DNA of 64,000 nt from Octopus vulgaris (taxonomy: Eukaryota). The stretch covers positions 76,260,001-76,324,000 of the forward strand of contig OX597822.1 in NCBI GenBank assembly GCA_951406725.2. The letters are read 5' to 3'. Both the position numbers and the translations under genes were made by a program. This document shows, piece by piece, positions 13,090 to 26,207 of the stretch; the first letter of the stretch is position 1, and every line of letters starts with the position of its first letter. A model generated the notes under the pieces. The model did not search any database. It had not been told where the DNA came from and saw only the letters and a list, made by a program, of their open reading frames with translations.

Positions 13090-13635
13090 AAGAGAAGGTG
13101 GGGGGAGGGCAGGAAGAAGAAGGAGAGGGAGGAGGGAGAGGAAATAGAAGAGGAGGAGGGGAATTGGAAGGGGAGGAGGAGAAGCAGAAGAAGAAGAAGA
13201 AGCGGAGTGGGGAAGAGGGGAGGAGGTGGAGGAACGTGAAAATGAAGAAAGTGAAACTGATGATGAAGAAGAATAAGAAGAAAGAAAGAAAGAAAGAAAG
13301 AAAGAATGAAAGAGAAGGAGGAGGAGGGGGAAGAAAAGGAGGAAGAGAAAGAAGAATGGAAAGGAGAGGAGAAATGGGAGGGGGTAGTGTGGTGGTTGTG
13401 GTGGTGTGGTGTGGTGTTGGTGGTGGTGGTGGTGGGTGGGATGTGTGGGGTGGTAGCGGAGGAGAAGGAGGTGGTGGTGGTGGTGGTATGGTGGTGGAGG
13501 AGGAGGAGGAGGAGTTGGAGGAGGAGGAAGAAGAGGGAAGGAGAAGAAAATGGAAGAAAACGAATGAAGAAGAAGAAGAAGAAGAAGAAGAAGAAGAAGA
13601 AGAAGAAGAAGAAGAAGAAGAAGAAGGGGAAGTTA
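13090..13635. repeat. Purine-rich low-complexity tract (GGA, GAA, GGT repeats)
   Basis: Directly visible; (GAA)n at 13566-13625. Confidence 0.9.
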
Positions 13636-13882
13636 ATTAATCAGCCGCCATCCACCCCTCCACCCAGCTGAAAGGTGACGATCAGCTGACGTTGGCAAGA
13701 CTTCAACGGAGAGCGCAGAGTGTCGGAACATATAGACATGCCAGGTGCTCCAACAGTTCTGCCAATTTGCAGACTTGTAGTTCTAGATATGACATGGCTG
13801 AGCAAAGGAGGAATGGTCGCGCTTGGAACACCTTTTGATCAAGAGTCTAGGTTTGGGCAACAATAACGACAGCCAAAACCGA

Positions 13883-13964
<82 letters not shown>

Positions 13965-13969
13965 GTGTA

Positions 13970-14001
<32 letters not shown>

Positions 14002-14124
14002 ACACACGCATACACACACACACGCACACTCTACTGCATATGTAACCGCATTATCACATACACACGTATCTGAGCATGTAAGAACATACACGTATACATA
14101 ACGGTATATATAAATACATACGCC

Positions 14125-14370
14125 ATCGTCATTATCATCGTTTTAACGTCCACTTCCCGATGTCCGCATGGGTCAGACGTAATTTGTTGAAGCAGAATTT
14201 CACCGGATGGGTGCTCTTCCTGTCGCCTGCCCTCACCTGTTTCAAAGTAAGGTAATATTTCGCCACGACTGGTCATGTTTTCGTTAGTGTTCGGAGAGGA
14301 AGGACACTGCTTGTACATTGGTGAGTTTCGTTTACAACAAACACGTGATATCATGACAAAGAAACGCCAA
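14125..14370 (-). mobile_element. Old SINE/RTE-tail-like repeat fragment
   Basis: Reverse complement contains ggcgacaggaagagcacccatcc and ends ggacgttaaaacgatgataatg, typical of RTE-mobilised short elements. Confidence 0.5.
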
Positions 14371-14753
14371 AACTCTCTCTCTCTTTCTCTCTCTCTCACT
14401 CTCTTTCGCACTTACACACACACATATACATACACATACACGAGAAGTTTCTTACAGTTTCTATTTATCGGGACTGCTGTAGAAGACACTTGCCCAAGCC
14501 GCCACGCAGTGAAACTGGACCCGGAAACGAGTGGTTGGGGAGAAAGCTTCTTAGCCATACAGCATTGCCTACGCCGACACAAATTGATTCATACGTGCAT
14601 GCATACATGTATATGTGTGTAGGTATGTATGTGTGTTTGGATGTATGTACGTACGTATATGTGTTACGTATGTATATATATATATATATACTAATATAAT
14701 TGTTCGTTTGTTTTCCACCTGCCTTCGTCTTTTGTTTATATTTCATATATTCC

Positions 14754-14791
<38 letters not shown>

Positions 14792-15003
14792 TAGGCGGAG
14801 GCGTGACTGCGTGCTAAGAATCTTGCTTCCCAACCACATGATTTCGGGTTCAGTCCCACTGCGTGGCACCTTGGGAAAGTGTCTTCTACAGCCTCAGACC
14901 GACCAAACTCTTGTGAATGGATTTCGTAGACGGAACCTGAAAGAAGCCTGTCGTATATGAGTGTGTGTGTGTGCGTGTAAGCACATACATACGTACGTGC
15001 GCG

Positions 15004-15045
<42 letters not shown>

Positions 15046-15159
15046 ACGATAGTTCATTTATGTCTGTGGTTCTTAATCTGGGTTCCGCGGTCCCTGGTGG
15101 TTCGCAAAGGTGGTACTGTCTATATATGCATATATATATATATATATATATAGTCTTTA

Positions 15160-15538
15160 CTTTTTTACTTGTTTCAGTCATTTGACTGTGGCCATGCTGG
15201 AGCACCGCCTTTAGTCGAGTAAATCGACCCCAAGATGTATTCTTTGTAAGCCTAGTACGTATTCTATCAGTGTATTTTGCCGAACCGCTAATTTACGGGG
15301 ACGTAAACACACCAGCATCGTTTGTTAAGCGATGTTTGGATGACAAACACAGACACACATATACATACATATATACGACGGGCTTCTTTTCAGTTTCCGT
15401 CTACCAAATCCACTCTCAAGGCTTTGGTTCTTCCCGAGGCTATAGTAGAAGACACTTGCCCAAGGTGCCACGCAGTGGGACTGAACCCAGAAACATTTGG
15501 TTCGTAAGCAAGCTACTTACTACACCTCCACTCCTACG

Positions 15539-15542
<4 letters not shown>
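15160..15542 (-). mobile_element. SINE family A, full length
   Basis: Head, microsatellite linker and tail all present. Confidence 0.9.
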
Positions 15543-15582
<40 letters not shown>

Positions 15583-15739
15583 GGTATGTATGTATGTATG
15601 TATATGTGTGTATATATATATATGTATGTATGTATATATGTATATATATATGTATGTATATATATACATGTGTATATATATATATATATATATATGAATG
15701 TGTATATATGTATATATGTATATATATATATATATGTAT

Positions 15740-15918
15740 TTTTTTCTCTCCTTCTTTCTGTGTTTTTTTCTCTCTGTGTATCTTTCTGTTGAAGAGCGTA
15801 GGCTCGAAACGTTAAAGACTTGTTTTATTTATATTTCCTGAGCGCCATACTAATACAATTGTTCGTTTGTTTTCCACCTGCCTTCGTCTTTTGTCTATTT
15901 TCATAAAGCTTCCCGTTA
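15740..15918 (+). mobile_element. Short hammerhead-bearing element (family H) inside a (TA)n field
   Basis: tcttt-CTGTTGAA-gagc gtag gctc-GAAA-cg-tt-aaaga at 15781-15818, followed by conserved ctgagcg...ctaataca...cacctg.cttcgtctttt. Confidence 0.75.
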
Positions 15919-17453
15919 TATGTATGTATATATATATATGTGTGTGTGTGTGTATGTATATATATGTATGTATATATGTATGTATATATATGTATATATG
16001 TATGTATATATATATGTATATATGTATGTATATATATGTATATATATATATATATGTATGTATATATGTGTACATATATATATTTATTCATATATATGTA
16101 TATATGTGTACATATATATATGTATTCATATATATGTATATATGTATATTAAAAGAGGTCCGTAGGAATTCTCGTTTAAATAAAATGGTTGGGGACCGCT
16201 GTGAAAAGATCGGGATTTATGTTTTTGCTAGAAATAGCAGTCACATTTCCAACATTCCCTACACTCTTACAAATAGAAACAACCAATTGGATAATGGTTT
16301 CTTTTGGTATAGTCCTAAGGAGTGCAATGAAGACGTCACGGCTGGAAGACTCAATTATGGCTGACCTGGGGCTAAACAATAACAGCGACAACAGTTGATC
16401 AATTTGCGCTCTTATGTTTTACAACAGAATTTATTAATACACACACACACACTTACGTTCACACGCATGCACATACACACATGTACACAGGCACACAGAC
16501 ATATACACACACTCACGCACACGCACACACACACACACACACATACACATATAGACATGCACACATACACACACACACACATGCATATACACACTCACGC
16601 ACACATACACTCACACACACACGCTCACACACACATGCTCATATGCACACACACACATAGTATATATATACACACGTACGCACATACACGCACTCACGAG
16701 TGCACACACACACACACACGCTCACACACAGAAACACACTCACACACAAGCACATGCACACACACACACACATGGGCACACACACAAACACACACACACA
16801 ATCAATTTTATTCTCCGTTAGCATTTTTTCTTTCTATCAATCGCTTGTTTTCTTTTCTCCTTCTCTCTTTTCCTCTCTTCCTTCCACACCTTGTTCAACG
16901 TTCTTTCTTTCTTTCTCTCTTGTAAATTATAAATTCACACACACACACACACGCACACACACACACGCGCACGCACACACACGCACACACACACGCGCAC
17001 GCACACACACGCACACACACACTGCCATATCTTAATCCATCGTCCATTCACGTGTAACCCACGCTCTATACTAACATTCATTTTCGAGCCAATGAAGGAG
17101 CATCAACGTGATCGCTCCTCCTGCTAGAAATAACAACCAAATTTCCCTCAAATCACTCACAGCCGTCTGAAAATGACATGTCGGATAAACTGGTCAGGAA
17201 AATGACGGAATGGTCACGGTTAGAACGTCTTTGAACATACGTTTGCTCCATCAGGGTTGATTGCGGATAAATAACAACAGCAGCTTCATATAGGCGCATG
17301 CGTGGCTGTGGTAAGAAGCTTGCTTCCCAACCACATGGTTCTGGGTTCAGCCCCACTGCAAAGCAACTTGAGTACGTTCCTTCTACTATAGCCTCGGGCC
17401 GACAAAAGCCTTGTGAGTGGATTTAGTAGACGGAAACTGAAAGAAGCCCATCG

Positions 17454-17488
<35 letters not shown>

Positions 17489-18624
17489 ATGCACTCTTTT
17501 CTTTTACTTGCTTCAGTCATTTGACTGTGGCCACGCTGGAGCACCGACTTTTGTCAAAGAAATCGACCCTAAGACTTATTCTCTGTAAACCTAGTGCTTA
17601 ACCTATCTGTATCTTTTGTCGAACCGCTAAGTTAAGGGGACATAAACGCACCAACATCGGTTGTCAAGCGATGGTGGGTGAACAAACACAGGCACAAATA
17701 CATACATATATATTTTTTTTTTCATGTGTGTGTCTTTGTGTCTGTGTTTTCCCTCACTCCACCTTCGCTTGACATCCAATATTGGTCTGTTTGCATCCCC
17801 ATAACTTAGCGGTTCGACAAAAGAACTGATAGAATAAGCACTAAGCTTGCAAAGAATAAGTCCTGGGGTCGATTTCTTCGACGAAAAGGCGGTGTTCCTG
17901 CATGGCCACAGTCAAATGACTGAAGCAAGATAAAAGATAAAGATATATTTATACCAGCGGCGACTCCGGCACACGGGTTGTTCACACTTATCCCAAGTAT
18001 CAATTTAGTAAAGTGTATTCTGCCAAAACTGACTTCAAGTATGTAATTGCAAACAATAACTTGGGCTTCTTTTATTGAGCCTGGTCGCAATTCCTTTATT
18101 TTCGTTCAGCGTCTGGCGGTCGTCGAAGTGGTGCCCAATGTTAAAAAACAGTATTTGTTGCAGACGTTCTCTCGACATTGTTCCTATGCGCCTGACTCGG
18201 GCTCAGAAGTTACAGTCCGAGTTGTTATCTATAATCGTAAAAATTAAAAGTAATTCAAATTCAATGTTTTCTTGAAATAATGAACTTCTATAGAGATTAG
18301 GATTTAAATTCCAATCTATGAAAAGTTGCCGTTCTACAATATTCTTAAAGGAACGAAAAATTATCCAGCAACTAGGGCTAATACGAACGAGCCTGGTAGA
18401 TATAAAAGACTTACTGACATCTCTTGTCAAGAGTAGAAGGCGTCAGTCTTTTCGCCGATGTTTGTTGTGCACTCCACTGTTGTTATTTGATTGCTGTCAT
18501 CCAGCAACTGGGTAAAAACTAAGCGACTGTTAGATCGCTGATATTTGTTGTGCATTCTGCTGTCGTCATTTGACTCCTGTTATTATGTGCGTTTGTGTGT
18601 AAAGATCAGTTGTGTTTTGCTGGG

Positions 18625-18834
18625 TTACTCTTTACTCTCTTTTACTTGTTTCAGTCATTTGACTGCGGCCATGCTGGAGCACCGCCTTTAGTCGAGCAAA
18701 TCTACCCCGGGACTTATTCTTTGTAAGCCCAGTACTTATTCTATCGGTCTCTTTTGCCGAACCGCTAAGTGACGGGGACGTAAACACACCAGCATCGGTT
18801 GTCAAGCAATGCTAGGGAGACAAACACACACACA

Positions 18835-18913
<79 letters not shown>

Positions 18914-19072
18914 GACAGGCTTCTTTCAGTTTCCGTCTATCAAATCCACTGACAAGGCATTGGTCGGCCCGGGGCTTTAGCAGAAGACACTTGCCCAAGA
19001 TGCCACGCAGTGGGACTGAACCCGGAACCATGTGGTTGGTTAGCAAGCTACTTACCACACAGCCACTCCTGC
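18625..19072 (-). mobile_element. SINE family A, full length, low divergence
   Basis: Complete head, linker and tail. Confidence 0.92.
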
Positions 19073-19486
19073 TTTATTTTTACCCTTAACTTTAAAATGG
19101 AGAAAGCCATAGTGTGCTAGATATAAAAAATAAGCCCTTTGGGACGAAATCTGTGATGATCCCGAGTGACGCTAATGACCTGGAAACGCCTCTGATTTAT
19201 ACACAAGATACAGGCATGTTTGAACGATTAAGAAGTTTCTTTTTCAACCATGTGGTTTCGGGCTCAGTCCCACTGCGCAGCAGCTTGAGCAAATATCTTC
19301 CACTATCGATTCGGGCCGACAAATGTCTTGTGAGTCCTTTTGGTAGACAGAAACTGTGAGGAAGCCCGTCGAACATGCACGGATATGTCCTCGTTGAGGT
19401 TTATCCAAGTTCTTCTTTCAGGAGATTAAGCCCGTTGCTATCAAAGTAACGAGAATTAAGACAATAATTCTCGGGGTTTGTAAATA

Positions 19487-19709
19487 CCGGGTTGGCCAAA
19501 AGTCACCTGACAGTAAATTAAAAGCCATTTAATTCCAAGATTTATTTATGAATGAATTTAATAAAAACATCTAAATATGAAACATCATGAAAATTGATCA
19601 AACTGATGTCCTTCTGGGGCGAGACATTTTTCCACTCAAGTCCATACAGAATTACAGATAGTGCTTATGGAATTTTGATTTACTGTCGGGTGACTTTTGG
19701 CCATCTCTA
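19487..19709. mobile_element. Tc1/mariner-type MITE
   Basis: TIRs ccgggttggccaaaagtcacctgacagtaaat / atttactgtcgggtgacttttggccatctcta with TA flanks. Confidence 0.8.
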
Positions 19710-19762
19710 TATGTGGTTGAGTTAGTGTGTGTATATATGTAGATTTATGAGCCTACACGTAT

Positions 19763-19900
19763 ATGAATATGCCTCGTTATGTGAATATGCCTCGTTATGT
19801 GAATATGCCTCGTTATATGAATATGCCTCGTTATGTGAATATGCCTCGTTATGTGAATATGCCTCGTTATGTGAATATGCCTCGTTATGTGAATATACCT
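19763..19900. repeat. 18-bp minisatellite (gtgaatatgcctcgttat), about 7.5 units
   Basis: Directly visible, near-perfect units. Confidence 0.95.
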
Positions 19901-19999
19901 CCTTAGTACTTAGGTGTTTGTGAATGTACGTGTATGTATGTGCGCGCATTGTGTGTGTATGTGTGTGTATGTGTGTGTGTTCGTGTATGTGTGTGTTAT

Positions 20000-20318
20000 A
20001 TAGGCTTAATCCCTCTTACATAGGTTTTATCCCTCATACATCAGCTTAATTTCACTTACATAGTCTTAATCCCTTTTACATAGGCTTCATCCCTCATACA
20101 TACTCTCAATCCCTCTTACATAGGTTTAATTCCTCCTATATAGGCTTAATCCATCATACTCTTAATCTTTTTTACATAGGCTTAATCCCTCTTACATAAG
20201 TTTAGTTCCTCATATATACATCCCTCTTACATAGGCTTAATCGCTCTTATAAAGGCTTAATCTATTATGCTTTTAATTCCTTTTGCATAGGCTCTTGCAT
20301 AAGCTTAATCCCTCTTAC
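20000..20318. repeat. Degenerate ~21-bp minisatellite (acataggcttaatccctctt)
   Basis: Directly visible. Confidence 0.85.
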
Positions 20319-20497
20319 TGTCACACCGCTGTACAAATCACACCATTTAGCTTTCCGCAAAAAAAAACTACGAAAATCAACGGCTTCCTATCTGTGTGCA
20401 AAATCGCTAAGGATGTATTGACATACATACATACATACATACATACATACATACACATACATACATACATACATACATACATACATACATACATGTA

Positions 20498-20758
20498 TCT
20501 GACGAGGAATGTTACAGGTATCTAGAGGTGGATGAAAATATATCTTACAATGGCACCTGTAACAAAACACCTGTCACTAAAGAACATTACAGCCGAATAA
20601 GAAACATTTGGACCTCAGAACTCTCTGCATTCAATAAAACAGTGACCGACAATGTGCGTGCAGTGCCAGTACTCGTACCAACATTTGGGCTGCTTGATTG
20701 GACGCTCGGTGAGATCCGAGCCATTGATATGAAAACCCGAAAAATACTCAGTTTCTAA
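20498..20758 (+). mobile_element. R4/Dong-type LINE reverse transcriptase fragment (RT7/thumb), directly after (CATA)n
   Basis: CYRYLEVDENISY...KEHYSRIRNIWTSELSAFNK...AVPVLVPTFGLLDW..EIRAIDMKTRKIL matches the YKYLG..NK..AVPVL.Y.FG..W..D.KTRK pattern of the R4 clade. Confidence 0.8.
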
Positions 20759-21216
20759 ACCTCTCTCTCTCCCTCTCTTCACTTTCTCGGCTCTCTTTAC
20801 TGCACCATCCCATCATCGTATTATTGTCTGTCTTGTTGAAACCTTACTCCGTCCATAAATTTTCTCTATGTCTTGCAGCAGCTCTGTTTTATAATTCTCT
20901 AATCCAACATATTTGTCATCATGCAAGTTAGTACTTCTCTGAACCTATATCTAGCTCAGGGAGCTTTCAGCCTGCGAATCTTCCTTCTCAAGATTCTAGA
21001 GTCTAAGTGGATGTTTATTATTCAAAGTTGGGTGGTAAATTCTTTACAGAGGAAGGTCTTGGTGTTGACAAGCAGCTGCTTAACCCGTTTCCTGTTGAGT
21101 ATAAAATCTATTTTGATAGCATGATCGCCTGATTAGGTACGTGATCAGGTAACTGGCTGGTTTCCTGACGTTAATAATGCAATATTTATGCATAAATATT
21201 TATTCATATATGTGTT

Positions 21217-21247
<31 letters not shown>

Positions 21248-21312
21248 ATACATGTATACCTATTTATCTACATGTTCATATGTGTATACATATACATAAG
21301 CATATATATACG

Positions 21313-21356
<44 letters not shown>

Positions 21357-21404
21357 CACACATATATATATAGGTATATATAAATGTTTATAGACATACA
21401 TATA

Positions 21405-21634
21405 TACACACGTACATAGACACATACATTCACGCATTCATAAACACACATACACGTACGTACATACGCACGTACATACATTACATTCCCATATACACAC
21501 ATACACACATACATACATACATACATACATACATACATACATACATACATACACACACATACATACACACACACACACACATACATACATACATACATAC
21601 ACACACACATACATACATACATACATACATACAT

Positions 21635-21693
<59 letters not shown>

Positions 21694-21746
21694 TACATAC
21701 ATACATACATACATACATACACACACATACATACATACACACACAC

Positions 21747-21781
<35 letters not shown>

Positions 21782-21870
21782 TACATACATACATACATAC
21801 ATACACACACACATACATACATACATACATACATACATACATACATACATACATACATACATACATACAT
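21405..21870. repeat. (CATA)n/(CA)n compound microsatellite
   Basis: Directly visible. Confidence 0.95.
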
Positions 21871-22094
21871 AGCGTTCGCTCGCAAACGAATATGACTTGG
21901 CCTCGTACCTTGGTATCGCTAATTGTTTTAGCTTTGTATGTTGCTCCCAGCAGATACAGATACCGTCTCGTATTATGCACATAGAGATGGTTCTCCGTCG
22001 GTCTCGACGAAGTGTAACCAAACTATTCGATCAACTAAATCACCTATACATTAAATTATTGTCAATATGCTTGAGCATTTCCCGGACAAGTATA

Positions 22095-22490
22095 CTTTTC
22101 TACTCTAGGCACAAGGCCCGAAATTTTGGAGGAGAGGGCCAGTCGAGTAGATCGACCCCAATACGCAACTGGTACTTAATTTATCGACCCACGAAAGGAT
22201 GAAAGGCAAAGTCGACCTCGGCTGAATTTGAACTCTGAACGTAGAGACAGACGAAATACCTATTTCTTTACTACCTACAAGTGGCTAAACACAGAGAGGA
22301 CAAACAAGGACAGACAAACGGATTAAGTCGATTATATCGACCCCAGTGTGCAACTGGTACTTAATTTATCGACCCCGAAAGGATGAAAGGCAAAGTCGAC
22401 CTCGGCGGAATTTGAACTCAGAACGTAACGGCAGACGAAATACCGCTAAACATTTCGCCCGGCGGCGTGCTAACGTTTCTGCCAGCTCAC
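22095..22490 (-). mobile_element. SINE family B, tandem dimer
   Basis: Two gaaaggatgaaaggcaaagtcgacctcggc blocks; head at about 22440-22490. Confidence 0.85.
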
Positions 22491-22789
22491 AGACACCTAT
22501 AGGCTCATTGTTAGCCTCAGCATCATACTGTGTGTGGCAAGGCAGACCTTTTGAGTTCAAATCCACCCGATGGTATTCGGCACCGTTTCCTTAGAAAGCA
22601 GACATCCGACCGGTTAACATAAAGGCTCGCACTCCCAAACACGCGCCAGCTTATGGCCCACGAAGATACTCTCGTTTCTTTAATCTTTCGTCGGCAAATA
22701 TAATGGTCTCATACCACAACTCGTGCTACAGCTACCAGGAGATGACTCAATCAGCTTTTTTTCTCTCATGAAACTTGATATGTTCACTC

Positions 22790-23310
22790 TTCTCAGACTA
22801 CTCCTAGACTCCTACCAGTCTCCTCCATGATTCCTCCAAGACTCTTCCTAGACTCCTATCAAACTCTGCCTAGATATCTCCCTGACTCCTCCCAAACACC
22901 TCCTAGACTCTTACCAGACTCCCCCATACTTCTTGATTTCTCCTTAGGCTCCTCCCTGACTCTTCCTGGATATCTCTCGAACTCCTCCAAAACACCTCCC
23001 ATACTCAGCGCAGACTCTTCTCAGACACTTCATAAATTCCTCCCAGATTTCTTCCTACACTCTTTCCAGACTCCTTCCATACTTCTTCTAGTCTCCTCCC
23101 AGCCTCCTATACTCCTCTTAGGCTCTTCCCAGACTCCTCCTGGCTATCTCTCGGACTCCTCCCAAACGGCTCCCAGACTCCTCTCAGACTCTTCCCAGAC
23201 ACTTCCTAAATTCTTCCCAGATTCCTTCTTAGTCTCTTCCAAGACTCCTCCCATACTCTTTCTAGTCTCCTCCCAGACTCCTATTCTCCTCCCAGACTCC
23301 TCGACTCCTC
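22790..23310. repeat. Degenerate ~11-bp satellite (ctcccagactc) with apparent higher-order repeat
   Basis: Repeating ctccc/agact units; a block at about 22950-23100 recurs at about 23125-23280. Confidence 0.85.
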
Positions 23311-23795
23311 ACTAACTATCATGTCAAATCCTGCCCTCCAAAAACGCCGGTTCATGATAGCAGCGTAGCAAGTGTGTGTGTCACACAAAACAGCCCTTCA
23401 GTTTCCTGCTCCACCTTATACGGACTTATAAAGCAGACACAAAAGTGCTGCCCCGAGGTGGGCCTCCCCCACTACCCTCTCCGCTGCTACACTACTGTCA
23501 CTTAATCTCCTTCTTCGTACATGCCCTCATTACAGATATTAATTTGTAAATGTTCGAGAGGAACATCAGTGGTATCAATCTCACCGGTGTCGAAGGATCT
23601 ATGAATGCCAGGGGTTTTGGCCCTTTTATCCAGACCAATTAAGTAGAAATAGATAAACAAAAATTGTTAAAATACGTAAAAATTCCTCAAGTGCAATAGT
23701 TTAAGGAGCAGTATATGTTTTCAGTTTCATGAATATATGGAGTAATAGAGACTAACAGCGTCTCATACACCGGTGCAATATACTTTGAATGAATA

Positions 23796-24005
23796 CGGCG
23801 GCAAGCTGGCAGAATCGTTACTGCGCCGGGCAAAATGCGGCATTTCGTTCGTCTTTACATTCTAAGTTCAAATTCCGCCGAGGTCGACTTTACCTTTTCA
23901 TCCTTTCGGGTTCGATAAATTAAGTACTAGTCGAAAACTGGGGTCGATGTAATCGACCTAGGCCCTACCCCGAAACAGCTGGCTTTGTACCAAATTTCAA
24001 ACCAA
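23796..24005 (+). mobile_element. SINE family B with target-site duplication
   Basis: Flanked by tactttgaatgaata / tactttgtatgaata. Confidence 0.85.
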
Positions 24006-24378
24006 TGTACTTTGTATGAATAATACACATGAATAATACAAATATGAATAATTCACAATACTCAGCTATCAGAGCGTACTGACTATTGTTTGTGTTTACA
24101 TGACCTCACTGTAAGGTTGTGTACTTTTTTAAATACGGATTTACGTACTCCTACGCATCAACAATGGACCAGTGAACAGAACAAAATAAATCGAAGTTAT
24201 CTGATCTTAATGCATGATGGAAACTTAGTATATCCTCTACACTAGGCATGTCAAATACGCGACCCGGGGGCCGCGTGCGTCTTTCTTTCAAACACAAGTG
24301 GGACCCGTGAATGGTGTAGCTAAAGTTTTAAACTGAGAAAACCACAAATCTTTTAGTAATATAAATAATAACAATTTA

Positions 24379-24498
24379 AACTGCGGCCATATCACGTTGA
24401 ATGCAGCGGTTCTCGTCCGATCATTGACGTTAAGCAAAGTCGAGCCTAGTGAGTGCTTAGATGGGTGACCGCTTGAGGAAACTAGGTGCTGGAAGCAT
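24379..24498 (+). pseudogene. 5S rRNA-derived sequence (full length, diverged), fused to SINE-type tail
   Basis: cggccatatcacgttgaatgca.cggttctcgtccgatc...gttaagcaa.gtcgagcctagt.agt.ctt.gatgggtgaccgcttg.ggaaactaggtgctg.aagcat matches the metazoan 5S pattern over about 120 nt; no T-run terminator follows. Confidence 0.9.
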
Positions 24499-24769
24499 CT
24501 CACAAACGGTGGTGCCCCAGCATAGCCACAATCCTCGGACTGAACATAAAAGATAAATTAAATTAAATTAAAGTGGGTTTATTGATGAGCATTTAAAATA
24601 TTTTTTTTACCTAAAAATATAGAACTGATGTGACACAAATATTTGTTGTAAACGCGTGTTTAAAAATATGCGGATCCCCTGACAACATGTATGTAAGCAA
24701 TGCGGTCCATAGCGACTCTGCAGTTTGGCATGTCTGCTCTACAGGAAATACGTATGTATGTGTGTGCGT

Positions 24770-24990
24770 GTTTGTGTGTCTGTGTTTGTCCCCCTAGCAT
24801 TGCTTGACAACCGATGCTGGTGTGTTTACGTCCCGTCACTTAGCGGTTCGGCAAAAGAGACCGATAGAATAAGTACTGGGCTTACAAAGAATAAGTCCCG
24901 GGGTAGATTTGCTCGACTAAAGGCGGTGCTCCAGCATGGCCGCAGTCAAATGACTGAAACAAGTAAAAGAGTGAAAGAGTAAAAGAGTAA
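24770..24990 (+). mobile_element. SINE family A, 5'-truncated (tail arm only)
   Basis: Tail sequence intact; flanked by a long direct duplication. Confidence 0.9.
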
Positions 24991-26164
24991 TAATATAGAA
25001 CTGATGTGACACAAATCTTTGTATGTAAGCAATGCGGTCCATAGCGACTCTGCAGTTTGACATGTCTGCTCTACAGGAAATACGTGACGGTGGAAGTTTT
25101 GCTGTTGTGGGTCGAGAGTTTGGTGTCAATGAATTTATCATTCGTCCCATTTACAAAATGCCTGGATATGGTTCATTTATCACTGGTACATTTATCACTG
25201 TTTTAACGAGACCCTTGCGATATACATCAATGCATAAATAAAATAAGGGGCGTTCAAAAAAGTATATAAAAACATTTTTTTACAGTTTTGTCGTTTGTTA
25301 TTCCCTCAACGATTTCGGCCAGAAGCTGTAGCCGTGACCATGGTTTCATTTTTTTTTTTTTTAAGCTATTTCATATCTTTTATTTGACTGTAGGTGCAGC
25401 ACAGCTGTACTGCACTGAAATTATCTTTCGATCTGTGTACGTATAAAGTGACGAACAACAAACTGAAATAAAAAGTAGAATAAACAAATAATCGTTAAAA
25501 ATCGTCAACAGCAGATACAATTTTTCTCCTTCCTTCCCATCTACTTTCTTTCTTTTTTTTTTTTTTTTTAAGCTATTTCATATCTTTTATTTGACTGTAG
25601 GTGAGTTTGTGAATATCACAATAGAAATGTACTTTTACAGAGAAAGAATAACAAAAAATTATAAGAATAACTTCTTTACAGATGAAGAATTATTATTTTA
25701 TAAATATAGTTTTGTATCTTAGAGTGTGATTAACAGAGGTTTCGTCAATTCTCAACAAGTTATTCTGCTAAACAAAAATATACGAAAGACATCAATTTCA
25801 AAATATATAAACAAATACGTTGTATTTGTCATTGCCAAAATTTATGAACGATAATTTTTTTCGTTTTGTTTTGTTTTGATTCAATTTGTTATTAGTTTAG
25901 TTTTTATATTTTTATATTTTTACTTGTTTCAGTCATTGGACAGCGTCCACGCTGGAGCACCTCTTTACAGGATTTTAGTCGAACAAATCGAACCCAGTAT
26001 TTCACCTCCCCCCACCTCACGTTTTTGTTAAGTCAGACACTTACTCTATCGGTTACTATTTCTGAACTGCTAGGTTACGGGGATGTAAACAAACTAACAC
26101 CGGTTGTCACGCGTTCAAAGGGTGACATGCACCAGCGTAAAATCGCACAGAGTCACGCATATAT

Positions 26165-26207
<43 letters not shown>

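Noticed and set aside
13098-13671. 180-aa Glu/Gly/Lys-rich ORF
   Set aside because: Purine-rich simple repeats with no splice or domain evidence
19763-19900. Regular repeat array as a possible CRISPR
   Set aside because: Head-to-tail 18-mers without spacers, no cas genes, eukaryotic context
22827-23315. 162-aa Ser/Pro/Leu-rich ORF
   Set aside because: Arises from an 11-bp satellite
24379-24498. Functional 5S rRNA gene
   Set aside because: Solitary copy with several substitutions, including around box C, and no oligo-T terminator
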